Positions 45,163 to 55,518 of a stretch of 64,000 nucleotides of DNA are shown piece after piece (position 1 is the first letter of the stretch; every line of letters starts with the position of its first letter). Source of the DNA: Chloroflexota bacterium. Lineage in GTDB: Bacteria > Chloroflexota > Dehalococcoidia > UBA2979. A model generated the notes under the pieces. The model ran no database searches, was not told the DNA's origin, and saw only the letters and a program-made list of their open reading frames with translations. The position numbers were made by a program, and so were the translations under genes. Location: NCBI GenBank assembly GCA_002716405.1, contig PBBA01000006.1, positions 187,966-251,965 on the forward strand, read 5' to 3'.

Positions 45163-46416
45163 ATGACTACTGAAAAAGAAATATATGCGCTTGGAGAAAC
45201 TCCTCCACTTGGCTACATCCCTCCCAAAATGCATGCCTCCTTAATTAGGCCAGAACGTTTCGGTGAACCCAATCAGGCATTTGAAGTAGAACAAATAGAT
45301 GTTCCTAAACCAGGTCCACGTCAAGTTTTAGTATGGGTAATGGCTGCAGGTGTCAATTATAACAATGTGTGGGCAGCATTAGGTACTCCCGTAAATGTTA
45401 TTGGTGCTAGGCAACGTCGAGGAGCTGAAGAAGATTTTCACATCGGTGGCTCAGATGCTTCAGGTATCGTATGGGCAGCAGGAGAAGAAGTAGAAAATGT
45501 AAAAGTTGGCGATCGAGTCGTTTTATCTTGTGGAATGTGGGATGAAAATGCTGAAGATATCCTCGCTGGTGGAGACCCCATGACATCTAGTTCAGCTAAA
45601 ATATGGGGATATGAAGAAAATTGGGGATCATTCTCTCAGTTCGCGCTCGTAGATCACTATCAATGTTTTCCGAAACCACCAAATCTTACTTGGGAAGCTT
45701 CAGCAGCTTATATGTTGGTTGGTGCAACTGCTTACCGACAACTCATGGGCTGGCCTCCACACATTGTTAATCCTGGCGATCCTGTTCTCATTTGGGGCGG
45801 TACTGGCGGTTTAGGATCCATGGCCATCCAAATTGTTAAGGCAAACGGAGGAATACCAATTGCCGTAGTTTCGAGTCCAGATAAATTTGAATTCTGTTAC
45901 CAAATAGGAGCTAAAGGTGTAATTAATCGTAAAGATTTCGATCATTGGGGACGTTTACCCGATATCGGAGATGCCGATGCATTTGGTGAATGGATGCAGG
46001 GTGCACGAGCTTTTGGTCAAGCATTTTGGGAACAACTTGGAGAACGAAAGGCGCCAAAGATCGTTTTCGAACATCCAGGTGAATCTACTATTCCCACCTC
46101 AATTTTCCTAGTCGACAATAATGGAATGGTCGTAATCTGTGCAGGAACAACTGGTTACAATGCAGATGTCGATTTACGTTATTTATGGATGCGTCAAAAG
46201 AGATTCCAAGGTTCGCATTTCGCAAATACTGAGCAGTGTAATGCCTTCAATCAAATGGTAATCGATGGTGAAGTTGATCCGGCTTTATCACAAGTATTTC
46301 CTTTAGAGAATGTTGGAGATGCACATCAACTAATGTATGAAAATCAACATCCTGCCGGTAATATGTCGATTTTAGTAAATGCAACTGAAGAAGGTCATAT
46401 AGATATTGACCTCTAG
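45163..46416 (+). CDS. ccr: crotonyl-CoA carboxylase/reductase-type enoyl-CoA reductase
   Basis: The N-terminus [43 protein letters not shown] and [14 protein letters not shown] match the Ccr/ECR subfamily of MDR enzymes as I remember it. Confidence 0.7.
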   Translation: MTTEKEIYALGETPPLGYIPPKMHASLIRPERFGEPNQAFEVEQIDVPKPGPRQVLVWVMAAGVNYNNVWAALGTPVNVIGARQRRGAEEDFHIGGSDASGIVWAAGEEVENVKVGDRVVLSCGMWDENAEDILAGGDPMTSSSAKIWGYEENWGSFSQFALVDHYQCFPKPPNLTWEASAAYMLVGATAYRQLMGWPPHIVNPGDPVLIWGGTGGLGSMAIQIVKANGGIPIAVVSSPDKFEFCYQIGAKGVINRKDFDHWGRLPDIGDADAFGEWMQGARAFGQAFWEQLGERKAPKIVFEHPGESTIPTSIFLVDNNGMVVICAGTTGYNADVDLRYLWMRQKRFQGSHFANTEQCNAFNQMVIDGEVDPALSQVFPLENVGDAHQLMYENQHPAGNMSILVNATEEGHIDIDL

Positions 46417-46418
46417 CA

Positions 46419-47498
46419 TTATTGATAAATCAAATAATTAGGTTGACTCTCTAGTTGAGCAATAGCCTCTGCAGTTAATACTGGTGTATCCCACTCATAA
46501 AATAATTTGAGTGCTGCATATTCTGCATATTCTGCAAGTGCATATTTTTCATAACCGTGAATTTTTTGTTGAGGCGTTCCAAACCCATCCATATCAATAG
46601 TTAACAATACTTCTTCAACATCTACCAAATTAGAGGTTTCCAAAATCATACTCTCACGAAATTGATGGATTACGAGAATCTTAGAGGGGATTGTATATTC
46701 ACGAACGATATCTTGAAGATACATTTGCACTGCATTAATATCTATCGCATTCAAATATCCAATTGAGTCACCAGGAATTTTATCATGATCCTTAGCAGCA
46801 AATTCAGGATCTAAAGCTAAGTGAACAAAAGGTTCTTTCAAATATTTTTCCAAAGTCTGAATACTATTCTCCAAATTTCCCCATCCGATTTGTAAGTCTA
46901 GAAATAACAAAATGTTACTTAATCGAGCTGCTTCTACATACTCAGCTATGACAATTTCATCCAATCGATAAATATAGTCACCATCGGGAGTAGGGTTGCC
47001 CTGAGCGACATCAACAATAAGATGTAGTGCAGCCTTTACATCTCGAGATTCACTATATTTTTTATGTTGTAACGCAAGTTCTTTAATTTTTTTGGCACCA
47101 ATTTCTGGAGAATATTTTCCTAATTCCCCCATCACAGGAATGCCAGGATATCCGTAATAAGAAATAATTTGATGGGAAAGAAAAATATTATCTGTCGGTT
47201 GTTCGGGAGTTATTTTTCTTTCTCGATTGATTGGAATAAATTCAAATGTATCCCCATCAGGAAAATACCACTCTGTATCATTCTTGAAAAATGAAACTGA
47301 ATCAAATAAAGAAATATTTTTATTTGATGATTGAACATCAATATTTAAAAATATATCTTCGTAAATAAGCTCAGATTGCGAAGAATTACCCTCTTCAGCA
47401 GCATGAACATCTTGTATCGCATAAAAGCTCAACAACATTACAGAAAATATAGAAAAAAAGATGAGAAAATAACGAATTAATAGAAAGGGCTGTAGCAA
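46419..47498 (-). CDS. secreted hypothetical protein
   Basis: 359-aa ORF with a TTG start and an N-terminal signal-like segment (FLIFFSIFSVMLLSFYAIQDVHA). I recognise no family. Confidence 0.5.
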   Translation of the reverse strand: MLQPFLLIRYFLIFFSIFSVMLLSFYAIQDVHAAEEGNSSQSELIYEDIFLNIDVQSSNKNISLFDSVSFFKNDTEWYFPDGDTFEFIPINRERKITPEQPTDNIFLSHQIISYYGYPGIPVMGELGKYSPEIGAKKIKELALQHKKYSESRDVKAALHLIVDVAQGNPTPDGDYIYRLDEIVIAEYVEAARLSNILLFLDLQIGWGNLENSIQTLEKYLKEPFVHLALDPEFAAKDHDKIPGDSIGYLNAIDINAVQMYLQDIVREYTIPSKILVIHQFRESMILETSNLVDVEEVLLTIDMDGFGTPQQKIHGYEKYALAEYAEYAALKLFYEWDTPVLTAEAIAQLESQPNYLIYQ

Positions 47499-47616
47499 GA
47501 ATTTCCACCAAAAACCCCGCTTATTACATAGGATATATTAGTTAACATGAGTATGCAATTAGCACTAATGAATCTGGTTCACTACACAAATATAGCATGG
47601 TAAATTCCAATTAAAT

Positions 47617-48645
47617 ATGAGAAAGATTTTATACTTGATTTTTCCTATGATGATCATATTTTACGTAATGATCATCGCATGCAATACAGATACTCAATCT
47701 GAAAATCAAAAGGTACCTAATCAAGCAAATTCAGAAAATATAGTTATTGGAACAAAGGGAAACACTCCTCCGAGTCAGATCACACCAAAACCAGAAGAAA
47801 ACCCCAGTACGATACAAATAAATCCATCTGCAAAAACAACGAAAACTTTACCTATTTTTGAAGTAGTTTCTGAACATCCTAAAGCATGTATCAACGACCA
47901 TTTTTCTCAATTTGTGAGAGTGCATGGTATGTATGTTGTAGGTGACGAAGATGCACCGAGTGACTATGTACTACACACAGCAAATATTTTGGCACAATAT
48001 TTGGATAACGATGAAGATGGCATACCAGACGATCAAGTAGTCACCGATTACTTAGTAGCAAATGGATTTATCGTACCAGTATGGACTAAAGATATTCGAG
48101 AGAATTTTTGGTCAAGTGCACGAGGAACATGGTGTGAAGATAATATACGTACAGTAGCGTCAATGTACCATGCAGATTCTGGGGACCAATGGGCGATTGG
48201 TGGAATTGAAAAAGCGAAAATTTGGGATACCAACTTAGAAGAGGTATGGCATGTTGTTTCTGCGGCATGGTACAGAGTCTATCCTGAATATTTCAATGAT
48301 AAGTTCGATGACCCCAGAGATAGCCTCCTGACAGAAGCAGTGGATGCTGCGCGTGGAGGTTACTTCGAAGAAGCACCTAAAATTTATCCAGCGGAAGCTT
48401 GGTATAGATATTTTGATTGTCCCTATGGATGCCAAGTTCACGAATACTTTTATTGGATAACTGTTGCCAATATTGGAGCATTAGATCCAGCAATCACAAA
48501 CTGGTGCCCGAATGAAGAGTGGTCAATTTGTACAAAAGAAGAATTAAGAATTCGTGATGTTAGAGCGTATGACCTACTAAACAATCATGGATTTAAACTT
48601 CCAACACATATACCAGATGGAAGCTATTCACCGACTAAGCAATAA
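47617..48645 (+). CDS. hypothetical lipoprotein with DxDxDG calcium-binding-like loop
   Basis: Signal peptide with a lipobox-like IIACNT, a low-complexity linker and a DNDEDGIPDD motif. I recognise no family. Confidence 0.5.
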   Translation: MRKILYLIFPMMIIFYVMIIACNTDTQSENQKVPNQANSENIVIGTKGNTPPSQITPKPEENPSTIQINPSAKTTKTLPIFEVVSEHPKACINDHFSQFVRVHGMYVVGDEDAPSDYVLHTANILAQYLDNDEDGIPDDQVVTDYLVANGFIVPVWTKDIRENFWSSARGTWCEDNIRTVASMYHADSGDQWAIGGIEKAKIWDTNLEEVWHVVSAAWYRVYPEYFNDKFDDPRDSLLTEAVDAARGGYFEEAPKIYPAEAWYRYFDCPYGCQVHEYFYWITVANIGALDPAITNWCPNEEWSICTKEELRIRDVRAYDLLNNHGFKLPTHIPDGSYSPTKQ

Positions 48646-48656
48646 CTCAGAACTAA

Positions 48657-49562
48657 TTATTTCTTCCCACCGACTTCAAGATTATTCATAGCTTCAAGTG
48701 AAGTGATTAACGCCTGAGTTCCGACATCAGAATCCAACGAACGTTCAACTGAAGAAAAAAATTGATGCACAATAGAAGTTCCAGTGAGTGATACATTGAG
48801 TTGATCTGCCGCCTCAAGTGCAAGTCGCAAATCTTTTTGCTGTAATCCTACTTTAAAACCTGGTGAAAAATCTCTTTCCACAATTTTCATCCCTAAATTA
48901 GAAAGTTGCCAGGATCCTGCAGCTCCTGCCGTAATAGCTTCAAGCATCGTTTCAGGATCTACTCCACTAGCTTCACAAAAGAGCAATGCCTCTGCCATAG
49001 CAAAGTTGTTAATACATACTGCGATTTGATTACATAATTTAACGGTCTGTCCAGCACCATTCGGGCCACAATGTGTGATACGAGATCCTAAAACTTCGAA
49101 AATATTGTTCACTTTGGAAAGAATTTCAGTATCTCCACCAACCATGATGGATAGTGTGCCATCTATTGCACCTTGCTCTCCTCCAGAAATTGGAGCATCC
49201 AGCATACTTGCACCAATAGAATTTAATTGAATAGCAAATTCTCGTGTTCTTGCCGGAGAAATAGTAGACATATCAATAACAATATTACTTTTCTCTACAC
49301 CATTAATTATCGGATCAGTAATAGATTCACTACCGAGCAACACAGCTTCAACATCCGATGTGGCTGTCACACAAATAATTATCACTTCACTATTTCTGGC
49401 TACATCACCAGGAGATTGACAACTATTTGCTCCTTGATTTGAGAGTTGGTCAGATTTTTCAACGGTTCGATTCCAGATATTTACTTCAAAACCTGCATTT
49501 AGAAGGTTCTTTACCATGGGCATTCCCATAATTCCTAATCCAATAAATCCTACAGATTGCAT
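48657..49562 (-). CDS. NAD(P)-dependent 3-hydroxyisobutyrate dehydrogenase / 2-hydroxy-3-oxopropionate reductase family oxidoreductase
   Basis: VGFIGLGIMGMPMVKNL Rossmann motif. The ATG at 49562 follows AGGGAG. The track start at 49586 is a GTG. Confidence 0.8.
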   Translation of the reverse strand: MQSVGFIGLGIMGMPMVKNLLNAGFEVNIWNRTVEKSDQLSNQGANSCQSPGDVARNSEVIIICVTATSDVEAVLLGSESITDPIINGVEKSNIVIDMSTISPARTREFAIQLNSIGASMLDAPISGGEQGAIDGTLSIMVGGDTEILSKVNNIFEVLGSRITHCGPNGAGQTVKLCNQIAVCINNFAMAEALLFCEASGVDPETMLEAITAGAAGSWQLSNLGMKIVERDFSPGFKVGLQQKDLRLALEAADQLNVSLTGTSIVHQFFSSVERSLDSDVGTQALITSLEAMNNLEVGGKK

Positions 49563-49593
49563 TTGCTCCCTTTCATAATTGATCACTAATGAG

Positions 49594-50232
49594 TTAAGTA
49601 TTTTTTAACTGGCCCCATTTTTCCCAGTGTGTCACTTCTTCAATTGGCTGTCTCTTGGGTTGAGACCATCTACCTTTAGATGGATATCCTAAAGGTATTA
49701 GAGCCATTGTCATATATTCAGAAGGTAATCCCAAAATCACCTTAACTTCTTCTTCATAAGCAGAATACAAAGTTGTTAGCGTGGAACCTATTCCAAAACT
49801 TCGAGCTGCAAGCATAAGATTTTGAATAGCACCATAGATAGAAGATCCTGCGCGTGGTGATTGGTTCACATTTTTTAAGACAGGTATAACCCAAACAGGA
49901 GCCTCCGCTAAATTATTAGCCAAATGTTCAGCTGATAAAAAATTCCTTTTCCCCAAACCATCTTGACCTGTCGAGTTCAATATTTCATCTTTTTGATATC
50001 CGTATGCACGTTCCCAGCCTTCTAAATAGAATTTTTGAATTTCCTGTTTAACTTCCAAATCTTTCACTACTATCCATCCCCATCCTTGTTGATTACCACC
50101 TGAAGGACCACGTATAGCAGCATCCAAAATTACCCGAATAGTTTCATCAGGAATTGGATCAGATTTGAGATATCTTCGTGCTGGAGTTGAATGAATCGCT
50201 AAAAGGACATCCAATTCTTCTCTTGTACCCAT
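49594..50232 (-). CDS. nitroreductase-family protein
   Basis: 212-aa ORF with RGPSGGNQQGW and an overall nitroreductase-like layout. Confidence 0.65.
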   Translation of the reverse strand: MGTREELDVLLAIHSTPARRYLKSDPIPDETIRVILDAAIRGPSGGNQQGWGWIVVKDLEVKQEIQKFYLEGWERAYGYQKDEILNSTGQDGLGKRNFLSAEHLANNLAEAPVWVIPVLKNVNQSPRAGSSIYGAIQNLMLAARSFGIGSTLTTLYSAYEEEVKVILGLPSEYMTMALIPLGYPSKGRWSQPKRQPIEEVTHWEKWGQLKNT

Positions 50233-50239
50233 ATAACTC

Positions 50240-51385
50240 CTATTTATTTCCTAAAATCAATGTTGCAGTTCCTGAAAACATGCCTGCAGGTGCATGTACC
50301 AAACTAATTTCTAAATCATCAACCTGTCTTTGCTCTGCTTCACCACGCAATTGAGTAACAGATTCCTGTATTGCAAACATTCCATACATACCTGTATGTG
50401 TATACGAAAGTCCACCACCATTGGTATTTACTGGAAAATTTCCTCCTGGTGCAGTATGCCCTTCAGCAAAATATGGTCCACCTTCTCCGGGATTCACAAA
50501 TCCCAAACCTTCTAATGCATAGATAGGAACATGAGTAAAGGCATCATATAACATTGCATGCTGGATATCATTATGTGTTACTTCAGCTATAGCAAAAGCA
50601 TCATTTCCAGTCTGTTTAGCTGCAGTCCAACTACTCATATCTTCCATCATACTAATGTTCATATGTGAAGTAGTTTCACCTCTACCAAGCACCCAAACTG
50701 GTTCTTTAGCAAATTCATGTGCGATCTCTTCACCCACTAGCACTAATGCGCCACCCCCATCAGTAACCAAACAACAATTTAATAAATGTAATGGCCATGC
50801 AATCAAACGAGACTTTAATACATCGTCAACTGAAATCAAGTCTCGCATCATAGCCCTCGGATTAAGATTGGCCCATTGACGAGTCGCCACTGCAACTGAT
50901 GCTAATTGTTCTTCTGTTGTCCCATATTCATGCATATGTCGAACTATAGGAATTGAAAACATACTTGGTGGTCCCCATACTCCATATGGAAGTTCAAATT
51001 GACCAGCAATCGTTGAGGGGCCTGAATGCGAATTATTTATTCCAACCCTTGAACGACCAGATTCACCATGTGTTATCAAAGCAACATTACAATGCCCTGC
51101 TTGAATAGCTGCTACTGCATGACTCACATGCATCAGAAAAGATCCTCCACCAACAGAAGTTCCGTCAATCCAATGCGGCATAATATTGAAATATTCTGTC
51201 AGTTGTGCTGGCGTAGCACCTGCAGTTGCAAGACCATCAACATCATCAAAAGTTAATCCAGCATCATCTAACGCTAACCGAGCTGCTTCTGCATGAAGTT
51301 GAAGCATAGAATAATTAGGTAGATGACCTACTGAAGATGTTTCAGAAGCTCCAATAATGGCCACTCGAGTACTATCCTTCTTCAT
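50240..51385 (-). CDS. thiolase-fold protein, SCP-x / nonspecific lipid-transfer type (second copy)
   Basis: Paralog of 2348..3532 (LLNCCLVTDGGGALVLV; NTNGGGLSYTHTGMYGM), directly downstream of the second DUF35 gene. Confidence 0.75.
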   Translation of the reverse strand: MKKDSTRVAIIGASETSSVGHLPNYSMLQLHAEAARLALDDAGLTFDDVDGLATAGATPAQLTEYFNIMPHWIDGTSVGGGSFLMHVSHAVAAIQAGHCNVALITHGESGRSRVGINNSHSGPSTIAGQFELPYGVWGPPSMFSIPIVRHMHEYGTTEEQLASVAVATRQWANLNPRAMMRDLISVDDVLKSRLIAWPLHLLNCCLVTDGGGALVLVGEEIAHEFAKEPVWVLGRGETTSHMNISMMEDMSSWTAAKQTGNDAFAIAEVTHNDIQHAMLYDAFTHVPIYALEGLGFVNPGEGGPYFAEGHTAPGGNFPVNTNGGGLSYTHTGMYGMFAIQESVTQLRGEAEQRQVDDLEISLVHAPAGMFSGTATLILGNK

Positions 51386-51400
51386 TGAAAAAACTACCTA

Positions 51401-51820
51401 TCATTGATTCATCGGTTGAAATTTTGGCAATGTAATTTCTTCAGTAATATCATCGAAAACAATTTCAAGGAGCATGTCAGGAATTAAATTTTGGGGGTCA
51501 GGATCTATATTAATAATGTTAGTCATCATCCTTGGACCTTCATTAAGTTCGACTATAGCAATGACATAGGGAATGTCTTCTTCAAATCCTCCGAAACCAC
51601 GATGTGAAATTACATAACTATATAATTTTGCAAATCCAGATACTGTTTTCCATGTAATATTTTCAGAGCGACATCCTTGAAAAGGGCAAAAAGGTCGAGG
51701 ATAAAAATAGTAACGCAAACATTCATTACAATACTGAATCCGTAGCTCATGACGACGAAGACCCGCCCAAAATTCTTGAGTCTCTGGGGTGGCTTTTGGT
51801 ATTGGTTTTGTATAAGTCAT
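51401..51820 (-). CDS. Zn-ribbon/OB-fold DUF35 protein (second copy)
   Basis: 139-aa ORF with CNECLRYYFYPRPFCPFQGC and an OB-like C-terminus. Paralog of 1922..2335. Confidence 0.7.
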   Translation of the reverse strand: MTYTKPIPKATPETQEFWAGLRRHELRIQYCNECLRYYFYPRPFCPFQGCRSENITWKTVSGFAKLYSYVISHRGFGGFEEDIPYVIAIVELNEGPRMMTNIINIDPDPQNLIPDMLLEIVFDDITEEITLPKFQPMNQ

Positions 51821-51910
51821 TACATGCCTTAATATCTGTATATCTTATATTTAAGTAAAATTTTATGTTCTTAGAAAAGCACTATACATCTTTGAAAGTT
51901 AATAAATAAA

Positions 51911-52828
51911 ATGACTAGTATGAATCAAATTAATTCACTTACAGAACTAGAATCATTTGCCTACGAATGCGCTGAACAAGCAGGCAAAATAATCATAGAT
52001 AGCCTACAAGATGAACTTATCATTAATTACAAAAATTCATCCAGCAATCAAAAAAATTCCTCAGATAACCCTGTATCAGATATAGATCACAAAATCGAAA
52101 ACTTAATACACAGTCTAGTTACATCACGATTTCCTGACCACGGTATATTGGGAGAAGAAACTGATGAGCCAGTTAATCCAGAAGCAGAGTATATGTGGAT
52201 CATAGATCCGATCGATGGCACAACAAATTTTATCAATCAATACCCCCTATTTTGCGTATCGATCGGAATATTATTCAACAATCGACCAGTCATAGGTGTT
52301 ATTTGGTGTTCAACAAGTCATTTATTAAAAAAAGGTATATACCACACTTCATTAGGTAGAGGTCTACATTTTAATAAAAAACCTATAAAACAATTAGAAA
52401 ATCCCAATCTTAAACGTCGTCTAAGTGCTGCACCTGGTGGAACAATTTCAGTAGTACAAAATATTGAAAACCGAAATACTGGATCCGCCGCCATTGAATT
52501 AGCATTCGTCGCAGCAGGAATTTTTCAAACAGCGCAATTCTATAGTTTACGAATATGGGATCTTGCTGCAGGAATTCTTTTAGTCAAAGAATCTGGGAGA
52601 GAAGTTTTAGTCAAAGAAGGTAAAGAGTTTAAAAATTTTACAGAATTTACTATCCCATTATTATCAAAAAATAACCCTAGTCCTTCATTACGAGATTGGA
52701 GAGAGCATATTCTAATCGGCAACAAAAAATCTTTAGAGCAATTGATATTAAAAAAACAAAATCAACACAAATTATCTATTTTTTTCAATTCAATTAGGAA
52801 AACCTTAAATAAAGAGCTACCTAAATAA
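51911..52828 (+). CDS. inositol monophosphatase family protein with basic C-terminal extension
   Basis: GILGEE and WIIDPIDGTTNFI motifs, plus a C-terminal tail of about 40 residues not typical of the family. Confidence 0.8.
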   Translation: MTSMNQINSLTELESFAYECAEQAGKIIIDSLQDELIINYKNSSSNQKNSSDNPVSDIDHKIENLIHSLVTSRFPDHGILGEETDEPVNPEAEYMWIIDPIDGTTNFINQYPLFCVSIGILFNNRPVIGVIWCSTSHLLKKGIYHTSLGRGLHFNKKPIKQLENPNLKRRLSAAPGGTISVVQNIENRNTGSAAIELAFVAAGIFQTAQFYSLRIWDLAAGILLVKESGREVLVKEGKEFKNFTEFTIPLLSKNNPSPSLRDWREHILIGNKKSLEQLILKKQNQHKLSIFFNSIRKTLNKELPK

Positions 52829-52840
52829 TCTAGAAAAATT

Positions 52841-53599
52841 TTATATTAATGGCCATGGAACTGAACGATTAGAGCTTATTGCTGGCAGTATCGGGTTTTC
52901 TAAAAAAACTTTTATCCTGTTAACAAGAGCAGAGACTTCTTCCATACAAATAAATCTTAAAAACTCTTTCTGACCTTGGTGACTTTCCAAATATCCAAGA
53001 ATGCGACGAAGATCTTCACAATATTTTTCAGATAATTCTTTTCCCGCATAATCCCAAATGACAGTACGAAGTTTATAATATTGATTAAAACATAGACCGT
53101 TATCAATACACCATATTTGATTATCATTACCTAAAAGCACATGTCCACCCTTACGATCGGCATTATTTACTATCAAATCAAATGCGGCAATAAGAGATAA
53201 TTGATTTTCATATTGAGCATTTTTACGTAATTCAAAGTAGTGATGGGCTGGATTATGTGGGATGAATAGCTGTAAAGAACCCATTCCATGAGGACCATCA
53301 CAAATGACAGTAGGTGGAATTAGATCCCAACCTAACAGACGTGAAATCTCAAAAGTCGCGACTTCCCGTAAATATAATGAATCAGCAGGGAAATCATGTA
53401 GGGGTCTTTCACCCTGTGCTGGTTTATATATCCCCAAACCTAGTCCAACAGAAGAATGCAGTAAATCTGCCAAAAATACATAATTAGAAGAATCATACAC
53501 TAAACGCAAATTATCTATCTCTGAGTTAGAAAGTAAATCGGTAATATTATGATTAGATGGAATCCAATCTTTTCCTTGCTCGAGAGATGACATCAACAA
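52841..53599 (-). CDS. PI3/PI4-kinase-like protein, SCO1664 (TIGR03843)-type
   Basis: A catalytic-loop-like NNADRKGGHVLL and a DFG-like CIDNGLCF. Assigned from memory of the family. Confidence 0.5.
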   Translation of the reverse strand: MLMSSLEQGKDWIPSNHNITDLLSNSEIDNLRLVYDSSNYVFLADLLHSSVGLGLGIYKPAQGERPLHDFPADSLYLREVATFEISRLLGWDLIPPTVICDGPHGMGSLQLFIPHNPAHHYFELRKNAQYENQLSLIAAFDLIVNNADRKGGHVLLGNDNQIWCIDNGLCFNQYYKLRTVIWDYAGKELSEKYCEDLRRILGYLESHQGQKEFLRFICMEEVSALVNRIKVFLENPILPAISSNRSVPWPLI

Positions 53600-53612
53600 A
53601 TACCCTAACTAT

Positions 53613-54437
53613 TTAAGATTGAACCATTTCACGAATTGAATGACCTAAAGCCAATCGCATTGCAGTACAGTGCATTATCATCATTGCCAAAACTGGAATG
53701 TTATCATTTACAATCTGTTGAGCGCGGATTATTTCTTTACTAGATATTCCTAATTTATTTAAGGATGAAAAATTAGCATTCAATGGAACAGCAAGAAACT
53801 TTGACCCTGCTCTAGCATAATAATATAAAGCACGCCCTCGCCTTCGAAAATCTGGATATGTCGCTAAATGTTGCAATTCACCCCAAAAAATATCTATCGC
53901 CAATTGCCATTCTCCAAGTGCTCGATATAAATCTGGAGCTTCGCTCAATTGCAATATATCAACAATATTAGAAAAATTTGGCGCATCAGTATGATCCATT
54001 TTAACTTCAGTAAGTAAATGTTTTTTTTCTCGATCACTTAATTTTCTTAATTGACCGCTACCTTGGCCACCGACCTTTTCTCGCTCGAAAGCTTCTGCTA
54101 AAGCTGCACCAATTAACAGTACCTGTGGTTGCACATAGTGGAATAAATCTAAAACTGCTTCTAGTTCTTGTATTTCAAAATTTGTCATACCTTGTGTTAT
54201 CAAATCTGCACGACCAGTTTGAGGTTCATATACTAATTCACATGCATCTAATGCCATATCTGTCATATATAAGGCACTACCCAAAAAACCTTGCGTATTT
54301 ATAGATTTAATTACAGTCGGCCATATATAAGATAAATAGTTTGGAGCATCATTCGCTAATTGACTAAACAGAGAAGGAAACCATTTTGAACGGAAACCAT
54401 CTGTGAAATTTTTACTATCAAAAAAAATATTATTCAT
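53613..54437 (-). CDS. DehI-family (group I haloacid dehalogenase-like) protein
   Basis: By-eye similarity to Pseudomonas putida DehI in GMTNFEIQELEAVLDLFHYVQPQVLLIGAALAEAFE and the C-terminal helix region. The ATG at 54437 is preferred over 54515. Confidence 0.45.
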   Translation of the reverse strand: MNNIFFDSKNFTDGFRSKWFPSLFSQLANDAPNYLSYIWPTVIKSINTQGFLGSALYMTDMALDACELVYEPQTGRADLITQGMTNFEIQELEAVLDLFHYVQPQVLLIGAALAEAFEREKVGGQGSGQLRKLSDREKKHLLTEVKMDHTDAPNFSNIVDILQLSEAPDLYRALGEWQLAIDIFWGELQHLATYPDFRRRGRALYYYARAGSKFLAVPLNANFSSLNKLGISSKEIIRAQQIVNDNIPVLAMMIMHCTAMRLALGHSIREMVQS

Positions 54438-54506
54438 TAGAAACCCTAAAAATATTCTCCCATATTTTAAATACGTAATAAAATAGATTATTAGTAAGGA
54501 ACAAAA

Positions 54507-55421
54507 ATGCCACATACTTTACTGTTAGCAGAACCAAGAGGATTTTGTGCGGGAGTAGTTCGAGCGATAGATGTTCTAGATGAACTTTTAGATACCGAAG
54601 AACTACCAATATACGCATTTCATGAAATAGTCCATAACAGACATGTAGTAGAAAGTTTTCGTGAACGTGGAGCAATATTTGTTAATGACATTAAAGAAGT
54701 TCCTTTCGGATCTCGTATTGTTTTCTCTGCACATGGAGTCTCTCCATTAGTTGTTGAAGAAGCTACAAAAAGAAATCTGCGGGTAATAGACGCAACATGT
54801 CCTTTAGTAACAAAAGTGCATTTAGAATCTAGAAAAGCAGCAAAAGATGGATTCGATATACTATTAGTTGGTCATGAAGGTCATGATGAAGTCGTAGGTA
54901 CTAAAGGTGAGGCACCTGACCGGACTACTGTAGTTGATACTCCAAAAGATGTTTTTGACTTAGAAACAACTACTAAGAAAAAATTTGTTGTAACTCAGAC
55001 AACTCTTTCAGTAGATGACACAGCATCAACAATTGATGCCATTATCGAACGATTTCCAGATGCCGAAATAAGAAATGATATCTGCTATGCAACAACTAAT
55101 CGCCAAGCAGCTGTGAGGGCGATTGCTGAACGTGCAGGTTTGGTTATAGTTGTAGGATCGGCAAATTCAAGTAACAGTGTCCGACTACAAGAAGTTGCAG
55201 CAAGTACTGGAACTGTTTCCTATAGAGTAGACGGACTATCCGATATCGATCCAAACTGGTACAAAAATGTAGATATCGTTGGTTTAAGTGCAGGCGCATC
55301 TGTACCAGATTCATTACTCGATCCAATTATTAAAGACCTTCGAATGCGTGGTGTTACAAAAGTTGAGCCCGTCATCGTTGCTGAAGAAACTATCGAATTC
55401 CGCCCGCCCGATAATTCATAG
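54507..55421 (+). CDS. ispH: 4-hydroxy-3-methylbut-2-enyl diphosphate reductase
   Basis: EPRGFCAGVVRAI, HEIVHN and ATCPLVTKVH motifs carrying the cluster-ligand Cys residues. Confidence 0.9.
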   Translation: MPHTLLLAEPRGFCAGVVRAIDVLDELLDTEELPIYAFHEIVHNRHVVESFRERGAIFVNDIKEVPFGSRIVFSAHGVSPLVVEEATKRNLRVIDATCPLVTKVHLESRKAAKDGFDILLVGHEGHDEVVGTKGEAPDRTTVVDTPKDVFDLETTTKKKFVVTQTTLSVDDTASTIDAIIERFPDAEIRNDICYATTNRQAAVRAIAERAGLVIVVGSANSSNSVRLQEVAASTGTVSYRVDGLSDIDPNWYKNVDIVGLSAGASVPDSLLDPIIKDLRMRGVTKVEPVIVAEETIEFRPPDNS

Positions 55422-55518
55422 GATAACCATCTTTTTGACCAAATTAATTCTGTGGAAAGATTGCACCAAAGTTCACGATCGATATGCTTATCAAATATAA
55501 CCCTCTTGAGGATCTAAA

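Noticed and set aside
55461-55478. A possible Rex operator (TTGCACCAAAGTTCACGA) upstream of rex.
   Set aside because: The right half (TTCACGA) fits the TTGTGAA-N4-TTCACAA consensus, but the left half matches only 3 of 7 positions. That is too weak to call without a genome-wide motif model.
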